This document shows, piece by piece, positions 1 to 9,659 of a DNA stretch of 64,000 bases. The DNA is from a virus. A program made the translations under genes and the position numbers. Below the pieces are notes generated by a model. It was not told the origin of the DNA, did not search any database, and saw only the letters and a program-made list of their open reading frames with translations. Position 1 is the first letter of the stretch; every line of letters starts with the position of its first letter. The DNA is taken from IMG/VR virus record IMGVR_UViG_3300027976_003189. One strand, written 5' to 3'.

Positions 1-3000
1 TTCTTCTCGAGAGCAAGAGAATTTTCTAAATTTACCTTTTCTGCTTCTGGTAGCTTTCCTAAGTTGGCTTCAGCATCTTTTTTCATATCACCGCCAGTGT
101 CCCATCTTGCTGCATTCTTAGTTACTTCTCCCTTTGTCTTGTTAAGATGATCTATTCTTTCAGTCATGCTAGCAATAGAAGACTCTAAGTCATCTCTAGC
201 ACCTGAACCCATTTCGCCAGATAATCGACTAATATTTAGTTGACTACTCGCGTCAGTCCTCTTTGTACTTAATTCTGTAAGTTCTTTCTGGTCATTTTCT
301 TGAAAATATTTAACATCCCTTCTTGCATCAGATTCTTGCTGCTTATGCTCTTCGATTTTATTATTTATACTCTCTAACTCTTTGTAACTTTTTGAAAAGT
401 CATTGGTGATATCTTTCAGTCCTAGTAACTCTTCCTTTTTCCCTTTCTCTTCTGTAGATAATCCTTTATCACTTGACTCACCAACTTTTTTATTATAAGC
501 ATCCCATTTTTCTGCATCTGCATTTGCTGCTTCTGGTATCTTTCCTTTGTTGGCTTCAGCATCTTTTTTCATATCACCGCCAGTGTCCCATCTTGCTGCA
601 TTCTTAGTTACTTTTTCCTTTGTCTTGTTAAGTTCATCTATTCTTCCAGTCATGCTAGTAATAGAAGACTCTAAGTCTTTTCTAGCACCTGGGTCTTTTT
701 CACTAAGTAATTGACGACTTTCGTTAGTCCTCTTTGCACTTAATCCTGTAAGTTCTTTCTGTCCATTTTCTTGAAAATCTTTAGCCTCTTTTCTTGCATC
801 AGATTCTTGCTGTTTATACTTAAGGTTTTTAGTTATTCTAAATTTTACCTCGTCTCTGCTTTTATGCCAGTCATCTTTGGCATCTTGAACATCCTGAAAA
901 TCTTTCTCTTTTGCAGTAGGTACTACTGCTGATGCTTCTTTCTCTTTTGTAGTAGGTACTACTGCTGATGCTTCTTTCTCTTTTGTAGTAGGTACTGCTG
1001 ATGCTTCTTTCTCTTTTGCAGTAGGTAGTACTACTGATGCTTCTTTCTCTTTTGCAGTAGGTAGTACTACTGATGCTTCTTTCTCTTTTGCAGTAGGTAC
1101 TGCTGATTCCTTTTTCTCTTTTGCGATAGAGGCAGCACCATCTTCCAAGGCATCTTTAACTAGATCCGCACCATAACCCAAGCTATCAATAAGTCCCTTA
1201 TTTGCTTCCTTTTTCTGTTCTCCTGCTACTTTCTCCTGTTCTAGTAAAGAAGATTTAGCCTGTTCTTGTGTTTTCAAGAGTTTTTCCAATGCAGATATAT
1301 CTGCAATATTTGAATCCGCAGATGCAGAAGAAGCCAATCTTTCATCAATATCTTTTTTATAGCCTTGTAACCCAACTATTGCTTTAACTAATTTTATATT
1401 ATCACCCTCTCTTTCCCCTATTCCTTTTTTCCTTTCTCCTTCAGGATTCAAGACTGCACCTAGTAATCCGCCTGGGTTCAATGGTGACAAAAGCACCTGT
1501 TCTATGGTGGGCGGAGTATAGCTTACAAGTGATGTTCCATCTACGTTTTTCCCATGTCCCTCATTAGCACTTCTTTGATCCTTTAAATTTTTAAGTCTTG
1601 GACTATCTTTTTCCTCAAAATTTTTAGCAGCTTCCTCAAGGAGCAATCTCTTCTCTAATTCTTTCTTCTTATTATCTAATAGATTCCTAGTAGAATCCGC
1701 CGCACCAGATGCTTCTTCTGCGGTTTTAAATGTACTTTTATTCCATCCTTCAGTTTCTTTACTACTAGAACCTTCTACCTTTTTTATCTTATTTTGCCAA
1801 TCTTCACGACTCATACCGATCTCGTCAGGAGCGTTATACGATCCCTGCTTCTGTTTTAACAATTCTTCTTTATTTTTAATTCTTATGTCAAATGGATCTC
1901 CAGCCTGGCTGCCAGCTATACCTTTTCTAACTTCTTTTTCTTCTGCTATCTCTTTTGCTAATTTTTCCTGAGACTCTTTATCATAACCTCCTGTTTTAGC
2001 TTTAATATCTAATTCAGTTATGCGGTTTTTGGCATCTAAAATAACATCTTTTCCTAATTCCGGCACTTGAACACTAATTCCAGAGACGGGAGTAGCTATA
2101 GGATTAGGGATAGCAGTATCAGTAGGGATAGCAGTATTAGCATCAGCAATAGGAGAAGTAGGATACCCAGAAGGACCAACCGTAGGCCATGAACTTTTTC
2201 CTTTTGGCATAGGCAATACGTTAATACCATCTCTGGTATTTCCTGTTTGAACATTAATACCTACACCAGTAACCCCACTTTCATAATTTCTAGAACCGTC
2301 AGCATTTCTAGAGTCATCTCTAGAGCCATCTTTGTTATTAATATATCGAGTACCATTAGCAAATGATTCACCATCTCTCCAGTCTGCGCCGCTCTTTCTA
2401 TCTGGAAGAACAAAACCACGTACTCTAGCAGGTTGTCTTTGCCCTTCATTAGTCTGTCCTTGTCCTTGTCCCTGTCCTTGTCCTTGTTGATTTCTACCAG
2501 TCTGTCTAGCACCATCTTGCATTGACGAAAGTACATTAGGCTGATCTATAGCGGCTTGTCCCTCGTAGCGCCTTCTATTACCATTAGCACCATTAGCACC
2601 ATTAGCATGATCTAAAGCATTATTTGCATATTCAGCAGCATCAGCTGCTGTTCTATTTCTCATTACATCTTGTATACCAGAAGCGCCATTCTGTGGTATC
2701 GTTGTATTATAAGCAAATGTTCCACCTCCAACGCCTCCCTGTTCTGGATTTATAATACCAGGTCCCTGTGCTGAGAATTGTGCACCTTTTGTATAACCAC
2801 CTCCCAAGGCACCAGACATACTACTAACGACACCACCTAGCTTCAATGATGATTGTAAATTTTGCTGTTGTGTTATTAATATCTTGGTAAATCTTCCAGC
2901 ACCAGTATTCATTGATCCTAAAGCACTTATCCATCCATCTCTAAGAACCTTAGTTTGCTCTGCCTGTTGAATCTTTTTCTGCAATATTTTGCCTTCAGTT

Positions 3001-5612
3001 TCCAAAACTCGCTCTCTTAGAGGAATTATAGCTTCTTCAGAGGATCCATTTGCCTCTGCTGTATTAACAATAGCTATTCTTATATTCTTTTCTTTCTCAA
3101 GAAGTCCTATTTCCTTCTCCATAGATTCAACAGCCATCATTCTCATATCAGCAGAAGCACCAACACCAATAGCGAAATTATCTGCCAAGGAAACCATCTG
3201 CGTGAATAATGAAGTTTGCTTTTCAGCTAATGATAGTTGATACTTGTATTTATCTCCTAATTGGGAAGCAAGATTGACCTTTCTAGTAAAGATACCACTT
3301 ATTTCCTTCTCAGTATTAGCGATATCAGCCTGTACAACTTTATAAGCTTCTAACTTTTTATCCTCAGCGCTTGTTGCCTCTGCGCTTTTCTTAAGAATTG
3401 AGAGTCTCTCGTTAAGTAAACTCATTTCTGTATCCATTTCGGCAGTTATTTTTTTAAATCCCTCTAGCAAATCCTCTTCAACAATTCTTCCTGTCATAGC
3501 TGCAACTTCTGATTGTTCTAAAAGACTTCCAGTTATGGCTTCAGTTACAGCCTTTTGCTGCTGAGCTTTTCTTACTACTTCCGCTTCTGCTGTAGTAATT
3601 TCTTCGAGTGCGCCCCTTGATTTGGCGAGTTCTAGATTCCATTCTGCTAAGGTCTTACCACCACTTACAAACGATTTTGAAGCATCTTCTCCCTCTTTCC
3701 CAACATCTCCTATGCTTTTACTCAATAACTCTATATCGTTTTTAAGAGCATTTATAAATCCATCACTTTTTGCGTCTTCTCCTTTTCCTGCCTGAGCATT
3801 AGACAGATCCATAGATAAACGTGCTTTGGACTCCTCCATAGCTGACATTCTTGCTTCGGATGATCCACTATAATTTCTCTTATCGTCGCCGCTAAGATTA
3901 AGAGTTGTTACTCTAAACTCTTGAGACTTTTCAAATTCTTGATTTGCCAATGTCAGTCCCTCTTCTGACTCTTTACCTCTTTTTTCAAGTTCTTTTCTTT
4001 TTACTGGATCGTTTATTGAATCTTTACCATACTGCCTAGCCTTTTCTATCTCTTCTGCCATTTTCTTTTCTTCAGCTTTTGCAAAGATCATTGAAGTTTG
4101 AGTTTTCTCGTATTGTGCTTTGGAATCTTTCTTAAAATCTTTAACGTCTTTTTCATCCTTTTCTCCTGTTTTAACAGCCCTGGCTATTTTAGTAGCTGAA
4201 TCTTCAAAAAGAGTTACAGCATTATTGAATATATTACCAGCTTCTGTAATTCCGCCAATAGCTGCTCCGATAGCCGCTCCCGCAGGACCGCCGAACATAA
4301 AGCCTGTTGCTGCCAGACCTCCTATTTTTAATGCACTTCCCCCTAACCCAGCTCCTGCTGCGCCTCTTTCTGCTCCCCAATCTTTTTTAGCCCTTGCAGA
4401 TGACTTCATAGATTCCGAAGCTTGCGTTACTCCGTAACCAATTCCGTAAGCCATAAGACCGTTAGCCCCATACGCACCCCTTCCTGCTACTCTGCTAGCA
4501 TAACCTCCTCCAGCAGCACCTATTCCACCTCCTCCACCTCCTCCCATGCCCATCCCGGCAGCCAAGCCACCAGCTAAACTAACTGCACCTGTTCCAAGCT
4601 TCATAGCCATCGCACCTAGTTTGATAGATGCGGCAGCAACGCCAATTGCAACAATAATATCTTTAAGTTGATCCCAGTTTTGAACTGCGCTCGTGACAAA
4701 ACTTTCCATTTTATTAAAGAATTTTTCAACTTCTGGAGCAATCTTATCAATAGAATCTGCGAATTTCACCATGATAGGCATTAAAGCTTTACCAATAGCA
4801 AGCATGAATTTTTCAGATGCTATTTTTAATTTTGCAAATGCCTCTTGATTTTTCTTTAATTCTGCTTCTCTTTTCTTATCAGCTGTACTAATTAGTAGAC
4901 TACTTTTAAGATAAGTTTGAGATGATTTATATTCCTGCAAAGACATCTTACCTGACAAAAGCATAAGTTTTGTCATAGTGCCTATTCTTTTTTTATCTGA
5001 TGCATCTAATCTTTCAATTGAACCCTGAAGTTCTGGAATTTTTGCAGATAACTGGCTTAATGATCCTAACATTTCATTTTGTGCGTCAGTAGATAATCCT
5101 ACTGCTTTTTGAATATTAACCATCATTTTTTCGAAGCCACCAGCAGAAAATGAACGAAATCCTTTCTCATATGCCGAGAAAAATTTCAATACATCACCTT
5201 GTGTCATATTAAGGGTTTTACCTAGTCCCTTAATGCGACCTTCAGTTTCAATAACTCCCATTCCATATTTTTTAAATGAACCTGACACAGCAACAAGTGA
5301 ATTATTATAATTCTCTACTGCCGATACTCCGCCTTTAAGTGATGATGATATAGTAGTAAAGCCGAAGCCAAGCGCCAAAATGTTTTTTACGCCATGTAGT
5401 GCTGCGCCATTTAATTTAATAAATCCGTCAGCAAGGCTCTTTGTAGAATCAGATGCCTTCTTCGCATTCTTAGCCATATCTGTAAATGCGTTATTAATTA
5501 ACGCATTCATATTAGCAATAGTTTGCCTATGCTTAGGAAGAGAATTGAATATCTCTAATACTGATTTGTATAGATTACCTAATTGCTTATGAGATAAATC
5601 AAAGCCTTCCAT
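1..5612 (-). CDS. Tape-measure-like protein, at least 1870 aa, runs off the left edge (not in ORF track)
   Basis: One minus-strand frame (plus-strand triplets starting at positions divisible by 3) reads open by manual translation from ATG 5612 (alternative TTG 5669) to base 3; frame checked at 84, 1080, 2580, 4140 and 5610. Helical K/E/A-rich segments and a Gly/Ala-rich hydrophobic stretch (~4200-4650, GLAATGFMFGGPAGAAIGAAIGG). Lies just downstream of the tail tube and chaperone genes. Confidence 0.85.
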   Translation of the reverse strand, partial: MEGFDLSHKQLGNLYKSVLEIFNSLPKHRQTIANMNALINNAFTDMAKNAKKASDSTKSLADGFIKLNGAALHGVKNILALGFGFTTISSSLKGGVSAVENYNNSLVAVSGSFKKYGMGVIETEGRIKGLGKTLNMTQGDVLKFFSAYEKGFRSFSAGGFEKMMVNIQKAVGLSTDAQNEMLGSLSQLSAKIPELQGSIERLDASDKKRIGTMTKLMLLSGKMSLQEYKSSQTYLKSSLLISTADKKREAELKKNQEAFAKLKIASEKFMLAIGKALMPIMVKFADSIDKIAPEVEKFFNKMESFVTSAVQNWDQLKDIIVAIGVAAASIKLGAMAMKLGTGAVSLAGGLAAGMGMGGGGGGGIGAAGGGYASRVAGRGAYGANGLMAYGIGYGVTQASESMKSSARAKKDWGAERGAAGAGLGGSALKIGGLAATGFMFGGPAGAAIGAAIGGITEAGNIFNNAVTLFEDSATKIARAVKTGEKDEKDVKDFKKDSKAQYEKTQTSMIFAKAEEKKMAEEIEKARQYGKDSINDPVKRKELEKRGKESEEGLTLANQEFEKSQEFRVTTLNLSGDDKRNYSGSSEARMSAMEESKARLSMDLSNAQAGKGEDAKSDGFINALKNDIELLSKSIGDVGKEGEDASKSFVSGGKTLAEWNLELAKSRGALEEITTAEAEVVRKAQQQKAVTEAITGSLLEQSEVAAMTGRIVEEDLLEGFKKITAEMDTEMSLLNERLSILKKSAEATSAEDKKLEAYKVVQADIANTEKEISGIFTRKVNLASQLGDKYKYQLSLAEKQTSLFTQMVSLADNFAIGVGASADMRMMAVESMEKEIGLLEKEKNIRIAIVNTAEANGSSEEAIIPLRERVLETEGKILQKKIQQAEQTKVLRDGWISALGSMNTGAGRFTKILITQQQNLQSSLKLGGVVSSMSGALGGGYTKGAQFSAQGPGIINPEQGGVGGGTFAYNTTIPQNGASGIQDVMRNRTAADAAEYANNALDHANGANGANGNRRRYEGQAAIDQPNVLSSMQDGARQTGRNQQGQGQGQGQGQTNEGQRQPARVRGFVLPDRKSGADWRDGESFANGTRYINNKDGSRDDSRNADGSRNYESGVTGVGINVQTGNTRDGINVLPMPKGKSSWPTVGPSGYPTSPIADANTAIPTDTAIPNPIATPVSGISVQVPELGKDVILDAKNRITELDIKAKTGGYDKESQEKLAKEIAEEKEVRKGIAGSQAGDPFDIRIKNKEELLKQKQGSYNAPDEIGMSREDWQNKIKKVEGSSSKETEGWNKSTFKTAEEASGAADSTRNLLDNKKKELEKRLLLEEAAKNFEEKDSPRLKNLKDQRSANEGHGKNVDGTSLVSYTPPTIEQVLLSPLNPGGLLGAVLNPEGERKKGIGEREGDNIKLVKAIVGLQGYKKDIDERLASSASADSNIADISALEKLLKTQEQAKSSLLEQEKVAGEQKKEANKGLIDSLGYGADLVKDALEDGAASIAKEKKESAVPTAKEKEASVVLPTAKEKEASVVLPTAKEKEASAVPTTKEKEASAVVPTTKEKEASAVVPTAKEKDFQDVQDAKDDWHKSRDEVKFRITKNLKYKQQESDARKEAKDFQENGQKELTGLSAKRTNESRQLLSEKDPGARKDLESSITSMTGRIDELNKTKEKVTKNAARWDTGGDMKKDAEANKGKIPEAANADAEKWDAYNKKVGESSDKGLSTEEKGKKEELLGLKDITNDFSKSYKELESINNKIEEHKQQESDARRDVKYFQENDQKELTELSTKRTDASSQLNISRLSGEMGSGARDDLESSIASMTERIDHLNKTKGEVTKNAARWDTGGDMKKDAEANLGKLPEAEKVNLENSLALEK
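41..820 (-). repeat. Degenerate in-frame duplication (~157-162 aa period) inside the tape-measure-like gene
   Basis: ccgccagtgtcccatcttgctgcattcttagttact occurs at 91 and 577 (offset 486); agtcctctttg...tcttgcatcagattcttgctg occurs at 255 and 726 (offset 471). Both copies encode KNAARWDTGGDMKKDAEAN and KQQESDAR. Confidence 0.9.
901..1124 (-). repeat. Tandem 33/36-bp coding repeat, 6 units plus a partial (ASAVVPTAKEKE-like)
   Basis: Units of tctttctcttttg(c/t)agtaggta...gatgct start at 901, 937, 973, 1006, 1042 and 1078. No spacers; all lengths are multiples of 3. Confidence 0.95.
2455..2484 (-). repeat. 6-bp microsatellite (GQ)x5 in the tape-measure-like gene
   Basis: tgtcc(t/c) x5; encodes QGQGQGQGQGQ. 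Confidence 0.9.
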
Positions 5613-5713
5613 CACGGCTTTGATTTTAATCTCTCTTAATATTTCTGATTTTTCTGGTCTAGAAGGCAATAGACATCTCGTAATAAAATAAGCAAACTAA
5701 ACTATTATATTAA

Positions 5714-6112
5714 TTAGCCAACTAATGTTTCTAATTGTGCGCTTACTACACCTGCTATAATAGGATTTAAGTTTTCAATATTAGATTCTGTAACAGGCAC
5801 TGCTTTTCCTTCATTATCTATTAAAGTCCATGACTTTAATAATTTCTTAAATCTAAGCAATCTTAAAGCTAAAGGATTAAATGAAAGATTAACACCATCA
5901 TTAGTAGATAATGTTCCCAATATAGATACATTATCTTTAAATGATGGCTTCTTAAATACGAAATTATAACTTTCTATACTATCTTTTAAAAATATACTAT
6001 CATCATCGAAAGATTCTTTAATAATATCAGCTACTATACTTCCAGAGATGTCTTTTGTTACAAAAATCTCAATTGATACTGTGTCATTTGGGTCAATAAA
6101 AATACCATTCAT
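5714..6112 (-). CDS. Tail-assembly-chaperone-like protein (paralog of 6332-6790)
   Basis: C-terminal LLKSWTLIDNEGKAVPVTESNIENLNPIIA aligns by eye with LLAEWDITVSDGKVAVTPEYIDKLPADLV of 6332-6790; located between the chaperone genes and the TMP-like gene. Confidence 0.6.
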   Translation of the reverse strand: MNGIFIDPNDTVSIEIFVTKDISGSIVADIIKESFDDDSIFLKDSIESYNFVFKKPSFKDNVSILGTLSTNDGVNLSFNPLALRLLRFKKLLKSWTLIDNEGKAVPVTESNIENLNPIIAGVVSAQLETLVG

Positions 6113-6125
6113 ATCTTTTTCCTTT

Positions 6126-6317
6126 TTAGAATAATCCGTTTTTTGCTTTACGTTTTTCTATCAAACCATTTTTAATTTGTATTAACGTAACCATTAATTC
6201 AGCATCTATATTGCTCATATTTCTTACTTCGCTGATAGTCCAATGGAATTCCGATGCTAACATAAACTCTATTGCTTGTTTTGGGACCGGCTGTACAGGT
6301 CTTCTACCTTGAACCAT
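6126..6317 (-). CDS. Tail assembly chaperone frameshift extension (gpT / P2 gpE'-like part)
   Basis: LASEFHWTISEVRNMS resembles the FHWxxxExxxM motif of P2 gpE'-type extensions; reached in frame by a -1 slip at 6338-6344. Confidence 0.7.
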   Translation of the reverse strand: MVQGRRPVQPVPKQAIEFMLASEFHWTISEVRNMSNIDAELMVTLIQIKNGLIEKRKAKNGLF

Positions 6318-6331
6318 ATCTGATACAGCCC

Positions 6332-6790
6332 TTATGATTTTCCCATTTCATCATCCGTTATCTGAGTCATCTCATTATACTTTTCATATAAAGCTAATAC
6401 TAAATCTGCGGGGAGTTTGTCAATATACTCAGGAGTTACTGCTACTTTTCCATCACTTACAGTAATATCCCATTCTGCTAATAAGCTTTTTATTCTCGTA
6501 TCTCTGTATTTTCCCCAATCAATTTCTGTCTGCCCTGTTATTTCATTAGGTACTTGACACTGTTTCATCATTTTATTTTGATCTTCCCAGCTAGCTAGCC
6601 TCCATTTGGTATTTAATACTTGTACAATATGTTTTGGATCGGACATAATCTTCTTGGCTTTTTCTTCTTCAAGAACGGTTAGTCTTTTTATACCAAATTT
6701 ATTTTCCTTCATTTGAAAAAATAATGGAAAACAAACCAATTCTTTTTCTGCGGAGAAAAATAAATTTCCAATTTCATTCGACATAATCAA
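6332..6790 (-). CDS. Tail assembly chaperone (gpG-like)
   Basis: First gene after the tail tube, ends in a slippery site, SD AAGGAG upstream. Confidence 0.75.
   Translation of the reverse strand: MIMSNEIGNLFFSAEKELVCFPLFFQMKENKFGIKRLTVLEEEKAKKIMSDPKHIVQVLNTKWRLASWEDQNKMMKQCQVPNEITGQTEIDWGKYRDTRIKSLLAEWDITVSDGKVAVTPEYIDKLPADLVLALYEKYNEMTQITDDEMGKS
6338..6344 (-). promoter_or_regulatory. Programmed -1 ribosomal frameshift heptamer G GGA AAA
   Basis: Minus strand reads ATG GGA AAA TCA TAA in the 0 frame. The -1 frame reads GGG AAA ATC ATA AGG GCT GTA TCA GAT ATG GTT, open straight into ORF 6126-6317. Canonical X XXY YYZ; lambda G/T uses GGGAAAG. Confidence 0.85.
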
Positions 6791-6920
6791 ACTCCTTATT
6801 GTTATATGATACTTATATTCAGATCACCAAATATTGTATCGTCTATTTAAGATATTAAAATACAGTCAATTACCGTAATCTAAAGATATTGGGTTCTACG
6901 CCGTTTAATTATAATAAAAG

Positions 6921-6959
6921 CTACAGCAAACTGGTATATAAAATAACAGTTTGCTGTAG
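6921..6959 (-). terminator. Probable intrinsic terminator after the tail tube gene
   Basis: Perfect 13-bp inverted repeat ctacagcaaactg / cagtttgctgtag with a 13-nt loop, followed on the minus strand by CTTTTATT. Confidence 0.7.
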
Positions 6960-6984
6960 ATATGAAATTTTGTTTTTAATTCAA

Positions 6985-7881
6985 TTAAGCGGTTGTAACA
7001 GTAATGTTTTCTTGATTAACGTTACTATTTGGGAAAGCATGCCATGCAACCGTTGTTTCAAAAATATCAGTTGATAATGCAATTTCTTCAATCTGATAAA
7101 CAATATTTGGCAATCTAATAAGCAAAGTTCCTGCACATCCTGCCTTCTGTAGTCGATAACCGTATCTTACAAATCCTGTATTACGACAGCGATCCTGGTT
7201 GTCCGCTGAATCTTGACTCAAAATAGGATGGCGACCAAGAAGAACAACGCTACCAGTTACATCTCTTTTTCTAGCTTGAATATCTTGAGGAGCAAGCTTG
7301 CCGTTTAATGTATAATAACGTTCAGCGTTATTATTAATTGTTGAATCAAATGATCTAATATATTCACCACCAACTATACCACCTTCTGTGCCTAGCTCAA
7401 CAACAGCATCATTCCATGTAGCAACACGGGAATTGACCAGGTTAGGAGTAGTTAGTGAAGCAACTTCTCTATCTTCTGCGATAACTTCAGATGTGATTGT
7501 TATCAAATCCGATTGAGCTACCTTAAAGTTAAAAGAGTTTACAATACAGTTAGTATATCTAAATGAGGCATTATTAGTTGTGTACTTAACTTCTACTGTT
7601 GTCTTATTCAATCTGGCTTCTAAGCCGTGTCTAAGAATACACAAATTAGCCATAACTGCTGTTGGATTATTGGCAACATCACCCATAACTGCCGGATAGG
7701 TAATAGAACCACCAACGATTTTAGGACCAAGCTGATACACAGTTCGGTCAAACGCACCGTCAACGACTTCTGGTTTCGTAACTTCTTGACTTAGTTTGAT
7801 ATCGCAAGCGGTAGCTCTAACGACAGCGTTAGCTACCTTTACGAATCCTACAAAGCCCATATATGCTGGAGGGACTGCCAT
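6985..7881 (-). CDS. Major tail tube protein
   Basis: 298 aa, beta-strand-rich tube pattern (VRATACDIKLSQE...GPKIVGGSITY; IRSFDSTINNN...RKRDVTGSVVL), strong SD, immediately upstream of chaperone and TMP-like genes. Confidence 0.7.
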   Translation of the reverse strand: MAVPPAYMGFVGFVKVANAVVRATACDIKLSQEVTKPEVVDGAFDRTVYQLGPKIVGGSITYPAVMGDVANNPTAVMANLCILRHGLEARLNKTTVEVKYTTNNASFRYTNCIVNSFNFKVAQSDLITITSEVIAEDREVASLTTPNLVNSRVATWNDAVVELGTEGGIVGGEYIRSFDSTINNNAERYYTLNGKLAPQDIQARKRDVTGSVVLLGRHPILSQDSADNQDRCRNTGFVRYGYRLQKAGCAGTLLIRLPNIVYQIEEIALSTDIFETTVAWHAFPNSNVNQENITVTTA

Positions 7882-7950
7882 AGTTTGTTATACTCCTAAT
7901 AATAAAATCTAACCAAATCTAAATCTAAATATAAATACTGGCCAGAACAA

Positions 7951-8322
7951 TTATGGGTCAATATTTGAGGAAGCAATTGGAAATCCAGCATCCGAGGATA
8001 ACAAGGCGAAGTCCGCAGGAACCGTAATTCCTTGGTCATCCAAGTAAGCATCAACTGTAGCAAAACTACCAGCAGCAATTACATGCTCCTGTAATGCCCT
8101 AATAGCACCAAGTAGTAAAGTTGTACTTTGAAGTAAATCTGAGTTAACAAGGTAACTTTCCCAAAAGTCAGTCAAGAGATCCACTTCAGGTCTAATTGAG
8201 TTTAACTGAACAACAGTATAAACTGCATCAAACAATTGGTCCTTACTATCGTACCTAGCACGATACGCCTGTGCATAATCGGTTGCTATCGTGTAGTAAT
8301 CTGTTCCAGAAATAAAAGCCAT
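7951..8322 (-). CDS. Hypothetical, probably virion structural protein
   Basis: 123-aa acidic, Ala-rich ORF with SD AAGGAG, directly upstream of the tail tube gene. Confidence 0.6.
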   Translation of the reverse strand: MAFISGTDYYTIATDYAQAYRARYDSKDQLFDAVYTVVQLNSIRPEVDLLTDFWESYLVNSDLLQSTTLLLGAIRALQEHVIAAGSFATVDAYLDDQGITVPADFALLSSDAGFPIASSNIDP

Positions 8323-8441
8323 TTGTAGTCTCCTTAAGAGTCGCTGAATCCTAAATTATTTTAGCTATCATAAAATAGCTATTTCATTATAATACTTGTT
8401 ACCATAAAATATATTCTAATTCCTCTTTTCTAATATTTATA

Positions 8442-9650
8442 TTAGAAATTTTCTTCTATTTTTAATACCATGCTGGTATCTTCCATTATATCTTTAATCT
8501 TACTATCTAATTCTATTACAAAGTTTTCTATATAAATCCTTTTCGCAATTTCCGATATCTTTCCTCTTATTTTTTTAAATAATTCTTTTTCAGAATTCCA
8601 TATATAATATATGTTACAAAGTTCTTTGGTTATACTATCAGGATTAACTATAAATAACTCTTCTTCTCTTTCAGAAACAAACTGTACACCTTTTAATGAA
8701 AAATTAATCTGATTTAGTCCTTCATTTTTTAACTCATCTAATATATCAGCAAAAGCCCCAACAGGAGAAATTAACGGAATACAACCATAAGACATAGCTT
8801 CTAAAACACTCATAGCTGTAGCTGATCGCATTGAAGTATCAACTATAACTGTTGTGTTTTCATACATTTCTTTCATTTTATCATCAGATAATCCCTGATT
8901 AATAGAAACATATTCTTCTGCTATTTCTACTTCTCCATATCTTTTCATGAGAGCATCAATATTATAATCTCCAGGATCATGAAAATTTGTATGCAATCTA
9001 ATATTTGTATTACTTATATTTAATTTTTCACATGATTTAGAGAATTTTCCAGCCCCAGATATAAATGCAGATAAATTACTGATATGAGAATTCTTACCAA
9101 CCCCTAATACTGAGAATTTATCTCTCATATCTCCTACATGTCCTGCTCTTTTTTCAGATAAACCTATTCTTCTAACATTGACATCATCTTTTGCTATCTC
9201 TGACCACTGAGCCTTGTTATTACTATTAGTTAAAAATAACAAATCTATACCATCTAGTAATGTAAGATAAGATTCATTTATGGGAGATGCTGATCCTGCT
9301 ATGATAGCAACCCACTTAAATGTGTTTGGAAGTAAATCTTTAACTAGCTTTAGAGTTGAAATTTCATGATAATCTCCAATAGTTATTACTACGTCTGGGT
9401 TTTCTGTCTTAATAGTTTCATAGATATGAATAGGAGATGTCTCTATCCCGTTTTCAAATGGAAACAATTGACATATATCATCATATGTACTTGTTCCATC
9501 TTTTTTAGGCATAAAAAAATTTAAATCATGATGCCAGACTGCTGATGATACATCATGTCCAGAAGATGATAAGTATTTTAAAATTTCACTATTCAATCTT
9601 CCTAAATTTGTTAGTAAGTAGGGAGATGCGCTGATCGTTAAGATTTTCAT
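8442..9650 (-). CDS. GT-B fold glycosyltransferase (GT4-like)
   Basis: N-terminal MKILTISASPYLLTNLGR; C-terminal donor-binding motif SAMSVLEAMSYGCIPLISPVGAFADIL. Confidence 0.8.
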   Translation of the reverse strand: MKILTISASPYLLTNLGRLNSEILKYLSSSGHDVSSAVWHHDLNFFMPKKDGTSTYDDICQLFPFENGIETSPIHIYETIKTENPDVVITIGDYHEISTLKLVKDLLPNTFKWVAIIAGSASPINESYLTLLDGIDLLFLTNSNNKAQWSEIAKDDVNVRRIGLSEKRAGHVGDMRDKFSVLGVGKNSHISNLSAFISGAGKFSKSCEKLNISNTNIRLHTNFHDPGDYNIDALMKRYGEVEIAEEYVSINQGLSDDKMKEMYENTTVIVDTSMRSATAMSVLEAMSYGCIPLISPVGAFADILDELKNEGLNQINFSLKGVQFVSEREEELFIVNPDSITKELCNIYYIWNSEKELFKKIRGKISEIAKRIYIENFVIELDSKIKDIMEDTSMVLKIEENF

Positions 9651-9659
9651 ATAACATCC

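Noticed and set aside
901-1124. 36-bp repeats suggestive of a CRISPR array
   Set aside because: Units are directly adjacent with no unique spacers, vary by whole codons, and lie in frame inside a long ORF.
2261-5592. Track ORFs 2261-2536 (-), 2989-3240, 4120-4437 and 5380-5592 (+)
   Set aside because: Alternative-frame or antisense shadows of the long tape-measure-like ORF, with no SD and no family motifs.
6791-6984. tRNA or structured ncRNA in the larger intergenic gaps (also 8323-8441 and 29797-29941)
   Set aside because: No cloverleaf or T-loop/CCA signature seen; the only strong structure is a terminator-like hairpin. A covariance search was not possible.
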